Below the pieces are notes generated by a model that saw only the letters and a program-made list of their open reading frames with translations, searched no databases and was not told the DNA's origin. This document shows, piece after piece, positions 48,251-60,719 of a DNA stretch of 64,000 nucleotides. Numbering within the stretch: position 1 is the first letter of the stretch; each line of letters starts with the position of its first letter. The stretch is from Sphyrna mokarran (taxonomy: Eukaryota): positions 18,662,001 through 18,726,000 of the forward strand of contig JAGIQG010000013.1 of the NCBI GenBank assembly GCA_024679065.1, read 5' to 3'. A program made the translations under genes and the position numbers.

Positions 48251-50554
48251 ACCTTTAATTCTTTATTCTCAGCCACCATTATATCCCTCAATCAACAACA
48301 TCTCAACGCAATGCCCCAAGGTACACGGGATGTTCAAAGTAGATTGGGAACGTGTACGGTGAGAGGAAATAGCTTCAAAATATTACCTTAAATCCGCGGT
48401 TTTCTTGTGAGTTCTTCTGGATAAATGAATTGTTGACCCTCTGATTGTTTGATTTCAAGGTTAGGTCTTCGACAATATTGTATTTATAAAGTAAAACACA
48501 ACACCAGCAGAAAATACTGTGCTCAGACACAAGCCGTAGTCCACTGAAGCTAACGTATGAAGAGGGGAGATATCTTAGGGAGATAAAATGCAGAACCGCA
48601 CACCGCGTTTTCAACAGAAAATGAACTACTGACCTTTTATTTAAAAGACGTAATAAGTTAAGAACATAATTCCCAGAGTTATTTTGGAAGGATAACTTGC
48701 AGAGGTAGTTGGAGGTATTTACCTATCACTCGAGTTTGATTAAGTGTCCTGCAATAATTGAAACAGCGTTAATAATAAAGGATTAAAATCAAATTCAATC
48801 TGTTCTTTAAATCAAAACGGTTGGATGGAAGATAGAGCGTTTTACAAATGCATTTTTATATAAAATATAATTTTCGATGAAAAATCACTATGATTGAAGG
48901 CAATTTATATTTACAGAATGCATGTGTGTTCGTTTGTATTTGGATTATATATACTAACGGGTGAACATTAAATACTAACATAGTTATCTATTCACATGCA
49001 GATTATTTAACTGTCTCTCTATACATGTTTCTCACTGTTATCCATGTGCATATAAGTCTTTGTATATCCAAGCGTGTATAATGGTATATGAATGCACCAA
49101 GTTTAAATAAACAAAATTATTTCTGATTTATGACAGCAAGTTATAGGGCTGATATTTCGCCTACATTGTTTCTTTCTTGCAGAATTTCCTTGTGAAATTG
49201 CCACCCCCCTGAGGACAGTTAGAAAGCAGAACTATCAGATTACTGAGGTGGAATTCCTCCTGCAACAATTTGCGCTTCCTTTCACGTTATAGAATCTGGC
49301 TAGTTGTCTTGTAAGTTGTCTTGTATCCCACTCCAATGCCGGCATCTCCACATCCCAGTTGTCTTGTTCCCAACTCACTCGTCAAATGAGCCTCATTATA
49401 TCCCGACTATTTTAAATATACATTTAGGCTACATAAACCTTAGATAATCTACTTCCTGCAGCTATTTCGGGATTCAGAAGGGTTTATTGGATCCTTTACC
49501 ACCCATGTAGCAAAGTGTTTTCAATATTTCATGTAAAGGGAATCTTATCGCTAATATACAAGTATTGCTCACTGTCCCTTCCCACGCCGATAGGTTAGAC
49601 ATTAAATAATAAAACACAAAAACACTGGGTTTACAGTACAAAGATTGTACGATGTGACCATCTGTAAAGCGGGAATATCTTTGAGGAGAAATAGAAAAGA
49701 TTCTTAAGATTGTAATCGCATAGATCGACACTGCAATTCCATTCTTTCATTGTAGCGCGTGATAAGCGGTGGATAGCAAGGGATGGAAAGTCTGGCGAAT
49801 TTACAATTTATTCTTCAATTCAATCTTGCTTAATGTCAGCCACACGCAATTATTCTGAATTCGAACCGACTCAATATAAAGGAGGCCTTTTATGATTTCT
49901 ACCGACAAATTTTAGACACAAGCTCCAAAAGATTTCAGAATCAGATTAACGCAATTAAACGTTTCGCCACAGTCATATTTCATAATTCATGTGGTTGGGG
50001 TTTATCAGATATTTTAATATTCCCTTCGATCTTCCAACAGTTTTGGTGCATTCGAATAAACTTGCAGCAGCCTCTTATATGTCTGTCCCTGGTGAGATCT
50101 GGAACCTTTAGGACTTGCACAGGTCCCAGTTTATACTCACACTCTACATTACTGGTGTTTGCAATGATAGAAATACCAGATCAGGGCACTGCAGTTCATA
50201 ACAGTTTCTTAGTGTTACCATATTTTATTTATAAGCAGTTGGTGAAGTGAAAACACAAAACAGCACAATTCCATACAATGATTAGCTACTAAAGACTTTG
50301 ATCTTTCAAGATACTCCCCAAGCCTTCAGCAGTAAAGGAATAAATACATTTTAGTACCGAAACCTATCTTCCAGCGCAGAACACACTTCTGGTCAGGCCA
50401 ACAGCTCAGGTCCATATTACATTATTACTGCATTTCTTGTAAATGTCACATTTTGCCTTTAATTTACCCAGACATTTCATATTCATTATGAATTTACTGT
50501 AATGGTACACTTTCCAACAGCCTGTTTGATCATCTGATCTTGCAACAACACTTC

Positions 50555-50830
50555 AGATTTGGGAAAATGCCAGAATCGGTTATTAAGGAAATAGCAGTGG
50601 AACATTTAGAAAATCATAATAAATTCAGACAAAGTTGACTTGGCTTTGTGAAGCGGAAATTGTGTTTGGCAAATCTATTAGAGTTCTTTGAGGATGTAAC
50701 AAGCAGTGTAGATAAAGGGGAACCAATAGATGTGGTATATTTATATATCCAAAGGAATTTGCTAAGGTATAGAGTAAAAGGTTACTGCACAAGATAAGAG
50801 TCTGTGGTGATTGGTTGGGGAGCATTTTTC
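50555..50830 (+). mobile_element. CR1 RT fragment
   Basis: gagttctttgaggatgtaacaagcagtgtagataaaggggaaccaatagatgtggtatattta (EFFEDVT..VDKGEPIDVVYL). Confidence 0.75.
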
Positions 50831-52057
50831 TCTTCTTAAACTAAGACATTTGTCCACATTAAGAGTTGGGTCATAAAAATATTCATTCATCATAGTATAA
50901 TAGTGAATGAATTGATAGTAATGTAAGCACTGGCCTAGAGTTTATACATTATAATTAATAGTTTAAGTAGGATACTAACTAAACTACTAGAGAATAGTCT
51001 TTTTAGAACATATATGGGCACCTGAGACCTGTTGCTTGCAATTCCTGTGCTATTTGGGGTCTCCAGGAATTGTAAAATTAAGCCCATTGGACACATAACT
51101 GGCAGAATTGCTATAACTATGGTCACTTACATTGTGCCAGTTTCTGTTCAAAAGATTGCCAGTGCACTTGAAGCAATTTGCAACAGCAACATAAAAGGCA
51201 AACATCCATCCCTTGAGGAAGTTAACAACAAGTTGACAGGAAGAACAACGAGAGTCACAGGACTTTGTGGCAGAGATGTAATTGTGCTCACTATAGAAGG
51301 GTCCTGATTTGAGGTACATATACCAACTGGTCTTCCAGCAAAAATTTGGGATGAACACTCCTTGAGCCATCTTTCAATCAGAAGATTTGTATAGATTTGC
51401 ACAAAAAGGCTAAAAAGTGTTTTGGATGACGTAGGCAGGCCTACCACTCAGACCTATTCAACCAGTCTACTGAGAATATGGCATGGGACCATAAAATCCT
51501 TACAGTGCAGAAAGATGCCATTTGGCTCATCATGCCTGTATTGATCCTCTGAAAGAGCATCTTACCCATGCAGACATGGAGAGACCGTGCAAATTCTACG
51601 CACTCACCCAAGGCTGGAGTTGAACCCAGGGCCCTGGAACGGTGAAGCGGAAGTGATAACCATTGTGCCATTATGCTGAATATTGGAGCCAATGACTTAA
51701 CTGTATCTGTCAGCATATATTTCTTATATGATCACTAGGTAATGCAGGTGGTATCTGCAGTGGAAGCCTCATGCTTTTGTTGTGCTGCCACTGCTGTAAC
51801 TGAGGGCAAAAATCAAAGCTACACCCTTTGTCCCCCCATTTGCAAGCATTCTATAGCCTTGGCCCATTTGTCCTCCTCAAGGCCAAACTTTCCAAAATAC
51901 TGCTGCATGCTCCAATTAAGTCCTGCCTATCCATCATTTTTGCCCATGCTGATCTAAATTGACTGACAATGTCGCAGTGCATTGAATGTAATATCAAGAT
52001 CCTTATCTTGAAAATCCTGCATCGCTTTGAATTAGTCAACCTCGCCAATCTTCACTA

Positions 52058-52335
52058 AAATTTATTTATTGGTCAGAAGTAAGGCTTACATTAACACTGC
52101 AATGAAGTCACTGTGAAATTCCTCTAGTTGCACAGTCCAGCACCTGTTCAGGTCAATGCACCTAATTAGCATGTCTTTCAGGCTGTGGGAGGAAATTGGA
52201 GCTCTCAGAGGAAACCCATGCAGACACAGGGAGAACGTGCAAACTCCACACAGATAGTGACCCAAGCTAGGAATCAAACCCAGGTCCCTGGCACTATGAG
52301 GCAGTAGTACCAACCACTGTGCCATCATGCCACCC
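52058..52335 (-). mobile_element. V-SINE, tail type A (further copies at 51485-51675, 52766-52925, 55527-55803, 56058-56366, 61575-61850, 63910-64000)
   Basis: Shared tRNA head, V-domain or tail in each copy. Confidence 0.85.
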
Positions 52336-55300
52336 AAAGAAATATACCAGCAATTCCTCCACTCAGCCTGAACAAACTTCCTCTGGCTCCAGCTACTTTT
52401 GTGCATGCCTTTTGTTGAAAAAGACAAATGTTTGTACCTTCAGCCGTCTGGGATTAAACCTTAAACCTCTCTATCTCCATCTCTTTTTATTTTTAAACTG
52501 CTCCTCAAAAAGAAAATCATCCTTCTGTCAAATCGAGTCCCCCTCCCAAGCTTCCATTCATGGCTTCATGCCCATTTTCCACATCTATGCCTATCAAGTA
52601 CAGTGGCTTATTTTAAAACTTAACACATGCTATGTAAATGCAAGTTGTTGACTCATATGCAAATGATTGAGAAATTGCGTAATCACTCAGTGAAGAATGA
52701 AGAGCCAGACCTAGCTAGAATTAGGTATAAAATATGCTATGAAAATTGGTTAATTGAAGATATGAATCATAGAATCCCTATAGTTCAGAAGGAGGACATT
52801 TGGCCCATTGAGTCTGTACTAACTCCCTGACAGAGCATTTTACCTAGGCCCACCATCACCATTTCCTCAGCCCATAAATCTCCTTAACCTACACATCTTG
52901 AGACACAAAGGGGTAATTGAGCATTTCCTATGCTCTGAAAAGAACATCAAAATCTTTCTGTGTCACACATTAAAGCACCAACGCAATCGCATTACTTCCA
53001 AATGTACTTCCAAATTTAAGGCGTAGTTTTCATTGATACCCTATTTGTCACATATAAGACCCACATCCTACAGGAAGTGCTGAAGGAAGTCATTTAAAAA
53101 GCAGACATTGATGAGCACATCATCATTGATAAGTATCAACAGTGCAAAACATTATATACCAAATTTAGGGTATCTTGAGATTGTTTAAACTTTGAAGTTT
53201 TTAAAGAAAGACTTGGAAGAATGGTTATCAAGCAATAATTATTGGAAATCTTCAACAATTTAAAAAAGTACTGGAGTTGAAGATGTGGTTTTTGTTAACA
53301 AAACAAGATACCTCAACTTTTTGCAGCAATTTAGCTTTATCTACCATCACCTGCACATGTTCTGCCAAAAACATTAAGTGATGTCCCCATGCTCAGCCTA
53401 TATACAATGATTGATTTAGTTTGACTGCATGTGTGACAAATCAAATATAACTCACGCGGTAGCATTTATATAAATAATGCTTTGTGAAATTTGAATGTTG
53501 CATTGTCATGGGCTGTTGCATTTTGGAAAAAGAGACATTGCAAGTTCTTCTTGCAAATGCAACTGGATTTCTGCTCACTTTCGAGCAGGTGTTGTGAATT
53601 TGTTACGCCCTCAATATTTCAAAAAGAGAAAACATTGTAGAAGTGTGGCAAAGAAAGGAAGGAAGAAGAATTGTACAGATAGTTAATGACTGATATAGCA
53701 AAAGTTAACATCCTTGCTGTGGTTGCACATTTGAGTGGGACGGTTTGTTATTTCTGTCACCGTTCAATTCTTAGATCTCAACTAGAATCTAAGTGGGACA
53801 AAGGTTTGAAAATACAAGCTAACAGTCAGGAGCTCTTAAGCCAAAGGATATCACAATACAATTGGCAAGCGTGCTGGTTTTATAGGAAGGTAAATGATCG
53901 TTATCAGGAAAAGGGAGGAGAAAAATGTTGGTGCATTGGACAGAAATGCACATTTTGAAAATGCTGTCATACATAATGGACAATAATTTGATCAGGAGAT
54001 CAGAGTCCACACATAAATCCTAGCTGACATCTGCAGTTAGGATAAATTTTACCAGAATTTGACAGCTGTCTAAAAGACAAAAGACAAATGATTCAGAAAT
54101 TACTCAAATGTGTCAATTCGGATGTTCAATTGCACCTTCCAAGAAAGGAGATGGTTCTGAACACTTTAGTTACCCATACCGTCCATTGCTCAAAACTACA
54201 AAACATAACAATATGCATTTACAGGATACAAAAAGCCCTTTTGGCCCCATAGGTCTGTCTCATCTGCTTACTCAATGCCATCCTTTACTCTCCAACATGA
54301 CTTCCAATTGCTATGTGGACATGTTAACGCAATCCATTTCAATCTTTTCTCTAGTGAGTTATCCCATAATAATTACAGCAGAATTTTCACTTTGGGCATC
54401 TGAACCCGATCAAATGGCTCAAGTGGGAGTCAGAGTGGGAACCAGTCACTCAATGTGATTTTCCCCAGAATTGTAAATTAATGGCCAGAGGCTGAACTTG
54501 TGGTCCAGTTAAGGAAATGGTCCATTAATAAGTGGCCCTTAACCATCTGATTCCAATGTCTGCCATGTGTGGATTCAGAGGTTGGTGATACTAATTTTAG
54601 TCTGTCTCTCTCTGCACCCTTCCAACCAAGATTCCAGATCTAACAGGGGCTAAAAATATCAAGATTTAAATTATAAAAGCTTCCTGGCACCCTAATTTAA
54701 ACTGGTGTCTCCCAGTATTTGAACCATTCATTTCCAGATGTGGTGTGTTTTGAGATGGTGCTGGAGTATGGTGACTTTTGGTGAGCTGTCCACAGCATAC
54801 TCTCAAATTCAATCTTTTATTCTTGTTCTATGCTCTTAAAATCATACTCTAACTCTTTTAAACATCAACACTATATTCTGCACCCTATCCTTTCCTTTTC
54901 CCCTATATACTCTATAAACGTTATGTTTTGTCTCTAACAGCTTGCAAGAAACAATATTTTTCACTGTATTCCAATGCATGTGATAATAATAAATCAATTT
55001 AATCAATTTAATCTACTGAGATGAATGTGCCCAGACTAATTTTAATAAGTCCTTTTCATAAAATCTTGAGCACCTGGATTTCCTTGAAACATCCTTTTTC
55101 AAAACAACAAAAAACATTATTATTGATAAGTTAAGTGTATGCATCATAAAAAAAAATGGTGGCAAGTATTTCTTTGCCAAATGATACTTGTTCAAGATAT
55201 TTTTAGATACAATACTCCCACACCATTACCTCTGGAGTACCCAAAGCATCTAGACTTGGTCTCTTTCTTATCTACATGCTGTCTTTGATTGAAATAGTCT

Positions 55301-56499
55301 GAAAATACATAAATTCCACACAGTTCCACTTTACTACCATCTCTCAATACTGCCTGTTACTTGTCACACTGCTTGTCCAATGTTTGTCCATCAGATATTT
55401 CCTCTGACTAAATGTTGAAAAAACTAGAGTCACTGGGCAGGGCCCCAGTGATATCTTTTCCAGCGATGAATGCAGCTCACTAAAGACAATGGTTTAATTT
55501 TCTGGCCACTCCCACTAACGGGATGTTAAAGTAAAAGTTTATTTATTTGTCACAAATAAGGCTTACATTAACACTGCATTGAAGGTACTGTGAAATTTTG
55601 TCACACTCTGGCACCTGTTCGGGTCAATGCACCTAACCAGCACGTCTTTCAGACTGTGGGAGAAAACCAGAGCATCCAGACGAAACCCACACAGACATGT
55701 GGAGAACTTGCAAACTCCAGATGTACAGTGACCCAAGCTGGGAATTGAACCCGAGTCCCTAGCACTATGGGGCAGCAGTGTTAACTACTCTACCACCATG
55801 ATGTCCATACATCTTCCAGTGCCTATAGAATTTTGCATGGCATATCTGTCCTGCTGACACAGGGGGGTTGCCTTTGGCAGGACTGGAAAATCGGGAAGAG
55901 CTGGAAAATTCAACCCATCAGTTCCTGCCACAAATTCCACTCCACAGCCATTGATTTCATCCAACTGTGTGAAACTGAACCAGACTTTTCACAACCTTGG
56001 TACCACACTTGACCCTGAGGTGGACTCCTAACTCCTAATATCGAAAGCATCATTGTTTTAAGTTTTTTTTAAGTTTATTTATTTATCACGAGTAGGCTTA
56101 CATTAGCACTGCAATGAAGTTACTGTGAAAATCCCCTAGACACCATACATTGGTGCCTGTTCAGGTACAATGAGGGAAAATTTAGCATGGCCAATGCATC
56201 TAACCAGCAGATCTTTTGGGCTGTGGGAGAAAACCGGAGCACCTGAAGGAAACCCACACAGACACAATTAGAACTTGCAGGCTCCACACAGGCAATGACC
56301 TAAGCCAGGAATTGAACCCAGGTCTCTGGTGCTGTGAGGCAGCAGTGCTAACCGCTATGCCACCACGCAGCCTCCTTCATACTTTCATAACTCTATCCAA
56401 GTCTACATCCATTTATCTGCTGATGAAAGTCTCATCGATATTTTTGTTACTTCTAGACTTGAGTACTCTAACACATACCTGGCCAGTGTCTATCGCCCT

Positions 56500-56780
56500 G
56501 TCATAGGGTATGGGTGTTGCTGGCTAAGCCGGCATATCACCCATCCAGAATTGTCTGTGTGAAATAAAGCTGAGCCTCCTTCTTCAGCCACTGCAATCTA
56601 TGTGGTGTATGCATGTCCATAGAGGTATTAGGAAGGGAATTCCAGGATTTTGATCTGATAACAGTGAAGGAATGTTGATATAATTCCGAGGTCAAGATGT
56701 TGTATGGCTTGGATGGAAACTTGCAGATGACAGTGTTCCTGTCCACCTCCTGTCATTCCTGATGGCAAATGTGTGTTTGC
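56500..56780 (-). mobile_element. CR1/L2-group LINE (family 2) 3' end
   Basis: SFTVIRSKSWNSLP; matches 5900-6120 reversed. Confidence 0.7.
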
Positions 56781-57977
56781 GTGGTGCCGTTGAAAAATGT
56801 CCTGGGGTTGTTGCATTGTCTAAATGTTTCAAAATGTTGCAACATCATTTCAGTAAAATTAGCTTTGTGGATCAGAATTACCTCCAATTACATGAATTTT
56901 CAGCATATGAACAGGCCACATGCCCCCTCAGGGTTTTCTATTCCAAACAAACCTTCTCCCAATCCTCTTACATAATCCTATCATATTTTATGGGGATAGG
57001 AAAATATTCTTTCCTTTCTCCCTCATATGTTTATCTTTCCCTTACTTGCATCTATGCATTGAGTACAATATGTTCCAAACTAATCTGAGTGCTGATAATA
57101 AAGTTTTTGTGAATCTTTGTGTCAAGGTAAGGGATGTTTATGGTGGAGAACAAAGCATTCTGCCAATTTTGCACAGCTCCCAGATTAAACTTGCTTCAGT
57201 AAAAATCTCAGCTAGAACAAAGAAGTTGAGACCCAATGTCAGAACACACACGCACCAACATACCATGTTCCATTAGGGTGCCCAGATAATTTTAAATGCC
57301 ACTAGAGAATGGGCATCACTAATATATAGTGACCAACCTGCCAAAAGTATAGCTGGCATTCTTTTAACGACTAACTCCTGTCCCCAGCCATCACTGCCAA
57401 GAAGCAGGCTGGGAGGTGGTGAAGATGGGGCATAAATTCTAGAAGAATCTCCCCAACCCCTCACCCCATGGTCACAATCGACACATCCAACTGGCTGGCA
57501 GTTCCTGGAAGTGGGACATCCGGACAGAAGCCACGCTTGTAAACAGTGAATTATTTAAGGACAGCAAAATTCCTTGGACAATGGATTCTGGCTGGCAGAG
57601 GCTGGGTTGCCACTTAAAATCCTGGCCTATGTGTCAATAAAATTGTTAAATGTTAAATTGTTAACATTGTTAAATCAAGATAAGGAATAGCTACATGGGA
57701 TGTGACCATCTGTGTCTGTCTCTCCTTTTACTTTTCCCACATCAGCTATATTGTCAACCATATGGTCAGGATTCAGGTCTTCAGAATGGATTTCTGGTGG
57801 GACACAACTTTTATGACTCTCAGTTTCCTGGCTCCGAGCACACTCAGTATACCTGGCAGTCTGCCAGGTACAGCTGCAGCATTCAAAGAGACATCAGGAG
57901 CCCTAAAAGGCTCTCAGATGTAATCAAGGCTCTGACTGAAAGCGTTGGCAAAGAGTGGGAACTTTATTGAGTAAATG

Positions 57978-58400
57978 ATAGAACATAGAACATTACAGCA
58001 TAAACAGGCCCTTCGACCCAAAAGTTGAGCTAATCATATCTCTACATATCAGGCCTATCTATAACCCTCAATTCCATTAAATCCCGTGTACTCATCTAGA
58101 AGTCTCTTAAAAGACCCCAACGATTTCGCCTCCACCACCACCAACAGCAGCCAATTCCACTCACCCACCACCCTCTGAGTGAAAAAATTACCCCTGACAT
58201 CTCCTCTGTATCTACTTGTGTCCTCTCGTAGCGACCATTTCAACCCTGGGAAATAGCCTCTGAGAATCCATCCAATTATACCTTGCAACATCTTATAAAC
58301 CACTATCAGGTCACCTCTCATCCTTTGTCTCTCCAGGTAGAAAAGACCGAGCTCCCTCAACCTATCCTCATAAGGCATGCCACCCAATCCAGGCAGCATC
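57978..58400 (-). mobile_element. CR1 3' fragment, same subfamily as 402-2500
   Basis: MLPGLGGMPYEDRLRELGLFYLERQR; atagaacatagaac tail. Confidence 0.9.
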
Positions 58401-60719
58401 TGAATTGGAGGTGGAAGAGGCTTCTAAATCTGCTGGAAGGCTCTGCCTTTCCATTATGAAAATTAAGTTTTTTTTAAATTTCCCAGAGCACTACACCAGC
58501 CTCATTCATTCCCAGATGACTTCTTGGTGAGAATATGCGAGGATGGCGGAAGTGAAAGAAAATTGCAGGGCCTGGAGATGCTCATTACGGCAGGATTGGT
58601 TTCAGATCCAGCTTGGAGAAGTTTTGTGGGGGTGGGGTAGGGAGGGAGGAACTGGGATAGGCTGCAGACGACAGGGTTATGATAATTTTCAGGTCTGGAG
58701 GACCTTTAACTGATTTCAATCCAATTATTGTGTTGGGTTAATGTGTATTTGTTGACATTTGATGAATACAAGATTAGGGTTGACTTTGATAAGAGTATGT
58801 AATATTCGAAACAGAAGCAGAAGTAAGCTATATGGCTTTTCAAGTATAATTTACCATTAAGAAGACCATGGCAGAACTTTTCCATTAACTCCATTCTCTC
58901 CCAATCTACTATCATATTCCTTGATTTTCTTCATGTGCCGAGATCTATTTGTCTCATTCTTGAAACTACTCAATGACTGAGAATAATCATCTTCGAGGGC
59001 TAGAGAACTCCAAAGATTTGTACCTTTCCTTGAAGAAATTTCTCCTTATCTCCATCCTATGTGGCTATTCCTTATCCTGAAATAAAGGCCCATGTTTCTA
59101 CAGATTGTCCAGCTAGGAGAAACAGCTTCTCAGTACCTACCTTGCCACATCCTCTGAGTTTTAGACCTTTCAGTGAAACCACCTTTTCATAATTCCAGAG
59201 CACAGAGGCCCATTCCACTCAGTCTCTCCTCAGAGGAAAGCCTTCTCACTAAAAACTGTTGTATGGTGAACTGCACTGCACAGCATAACACATGAAGAAT
59301 GACTAGTTCAGGGAATCAGATTCGCGTGTGAAAGAATTTCTTCACGAGAAGAGCAAATTAAAAAAGAGTAACTTCATGATTCTCATTTGCATCAATTTAT
59401 TCTGTATTTTTAAGAAATGTCCCTGATGTTGACTAATGAAGAAATTTAAACTGAGAAGTTTGGGATAAAATCACTTTACTGAACAGAATTTAAACAGCAT
59501 GATCTGACAAGATTAAACCTTGCACAGTGAGCGCATCATGCCTTCTGCACTTGTGGTGGGACATCTTCAAAATATGGAAGATGTTATGTTTTTCCATTGC
59601 ACTTAAATGGTAGCATTTTTCAGGTCGCAGTTTTTGGAGGGAAGGCTGCAACATCAGAGCAATTAGAGCTAAAGTGATCTGTGGGGTAAAACAAACCCCT
59701 TCTGATGAATGCACTAATTCCCGGAACAGGTGGGGCTTGTGCAGATTGCTGAGGATGTGCAGCAGTGCCTTTCAATGTAAAAATACCACAAAAGATGAAA
59801 CGCAGATCTATATAACCTTGCACGTTTTGGTTATATTTATTCTGCTGCATTCATTCTGTTTGTTAAAAGATCCAGATTTGCATGCAGCCTTGTATATACG
59901 ATAGAAATGTTAGAAAATAGAGTTCACTCTGAACGACATGTTTCTGACTGACGGCTTTGGTGTTACGATGGCATTTACTTAAGCAGCACAGTTGCAACTT
60001 ATTAATTTAATATAATTATGAATCTGTATTTTTCAGAATATCCAATTTTGGAAATGTAACCACTATTGATAAAATTAAATGGCTCAATGAGGCCGAGTGG
60101 AACTAATAAACAAATTGAAAGTGTTAGCAATAATCACAGAATCATAGAATCCCTACAGTGCAGAAGGAAGCCATTCAGCCCATTGAGTCTGCACTGATAG
60201 TTTAGATCCTATAATTAAAGTAACTACATCTGCATGTTCAATAATGATTCTTTTTATCTACTCATTGTGAGGGTAGTCATTTTTTCAGCTTCAGGAACTT
60301 AAAAGCCTGCAAAGTTTGGCCATTTATCCTGGTTTAAATGCCAGTCTGAGATCAATATCTGAGGGATTTAGAGCCTATCCAGAAGTCTGTAAAATGCCAT
60401 CCAGAGTTCATGATTTAGGAGGTTGCTGGGTCTCAGACTCTCTTTAAATGGTCTGATAAATCCAAAAAAAATCAAGGTTTAAGTTTCCTCCTAAGTGGCA
60501 TGTTATGATTGCCCTAACTTCATCAGCTCTCCTCCAATATGGATCTCCTTCGGTGACCAACTGTCTTGTATTTTATCCCTTATTTTGATAATTTGATTTA
60601 CCTCCCTTAAGACAGGCCTTTTGTTGCTTAATTCTAGAAAGCTTGTGAGAGATTGATGCTGGGAGTCTCCTCTTACCTTTGCCTCTTTAGTTATTTATTG
60701 GGGTCATTCAGGGACTAAT

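Noticed and set aside
50935-51447. Overlapping ORFs on both strands with a minus-strand gtaagt donor near 51130
   Set aside because: No recognisable protein and no partner exons found; a non-coding exon cannot be excluded.
59478-59500. Alternative TRAT1 first exon (ATG CTG TTT AAA TTC TGT TCA|gtaaag)
   Set aside because: Phase 0 does not fit phase-1 exon 2; the 45899 start fits with a strong Kozak context.
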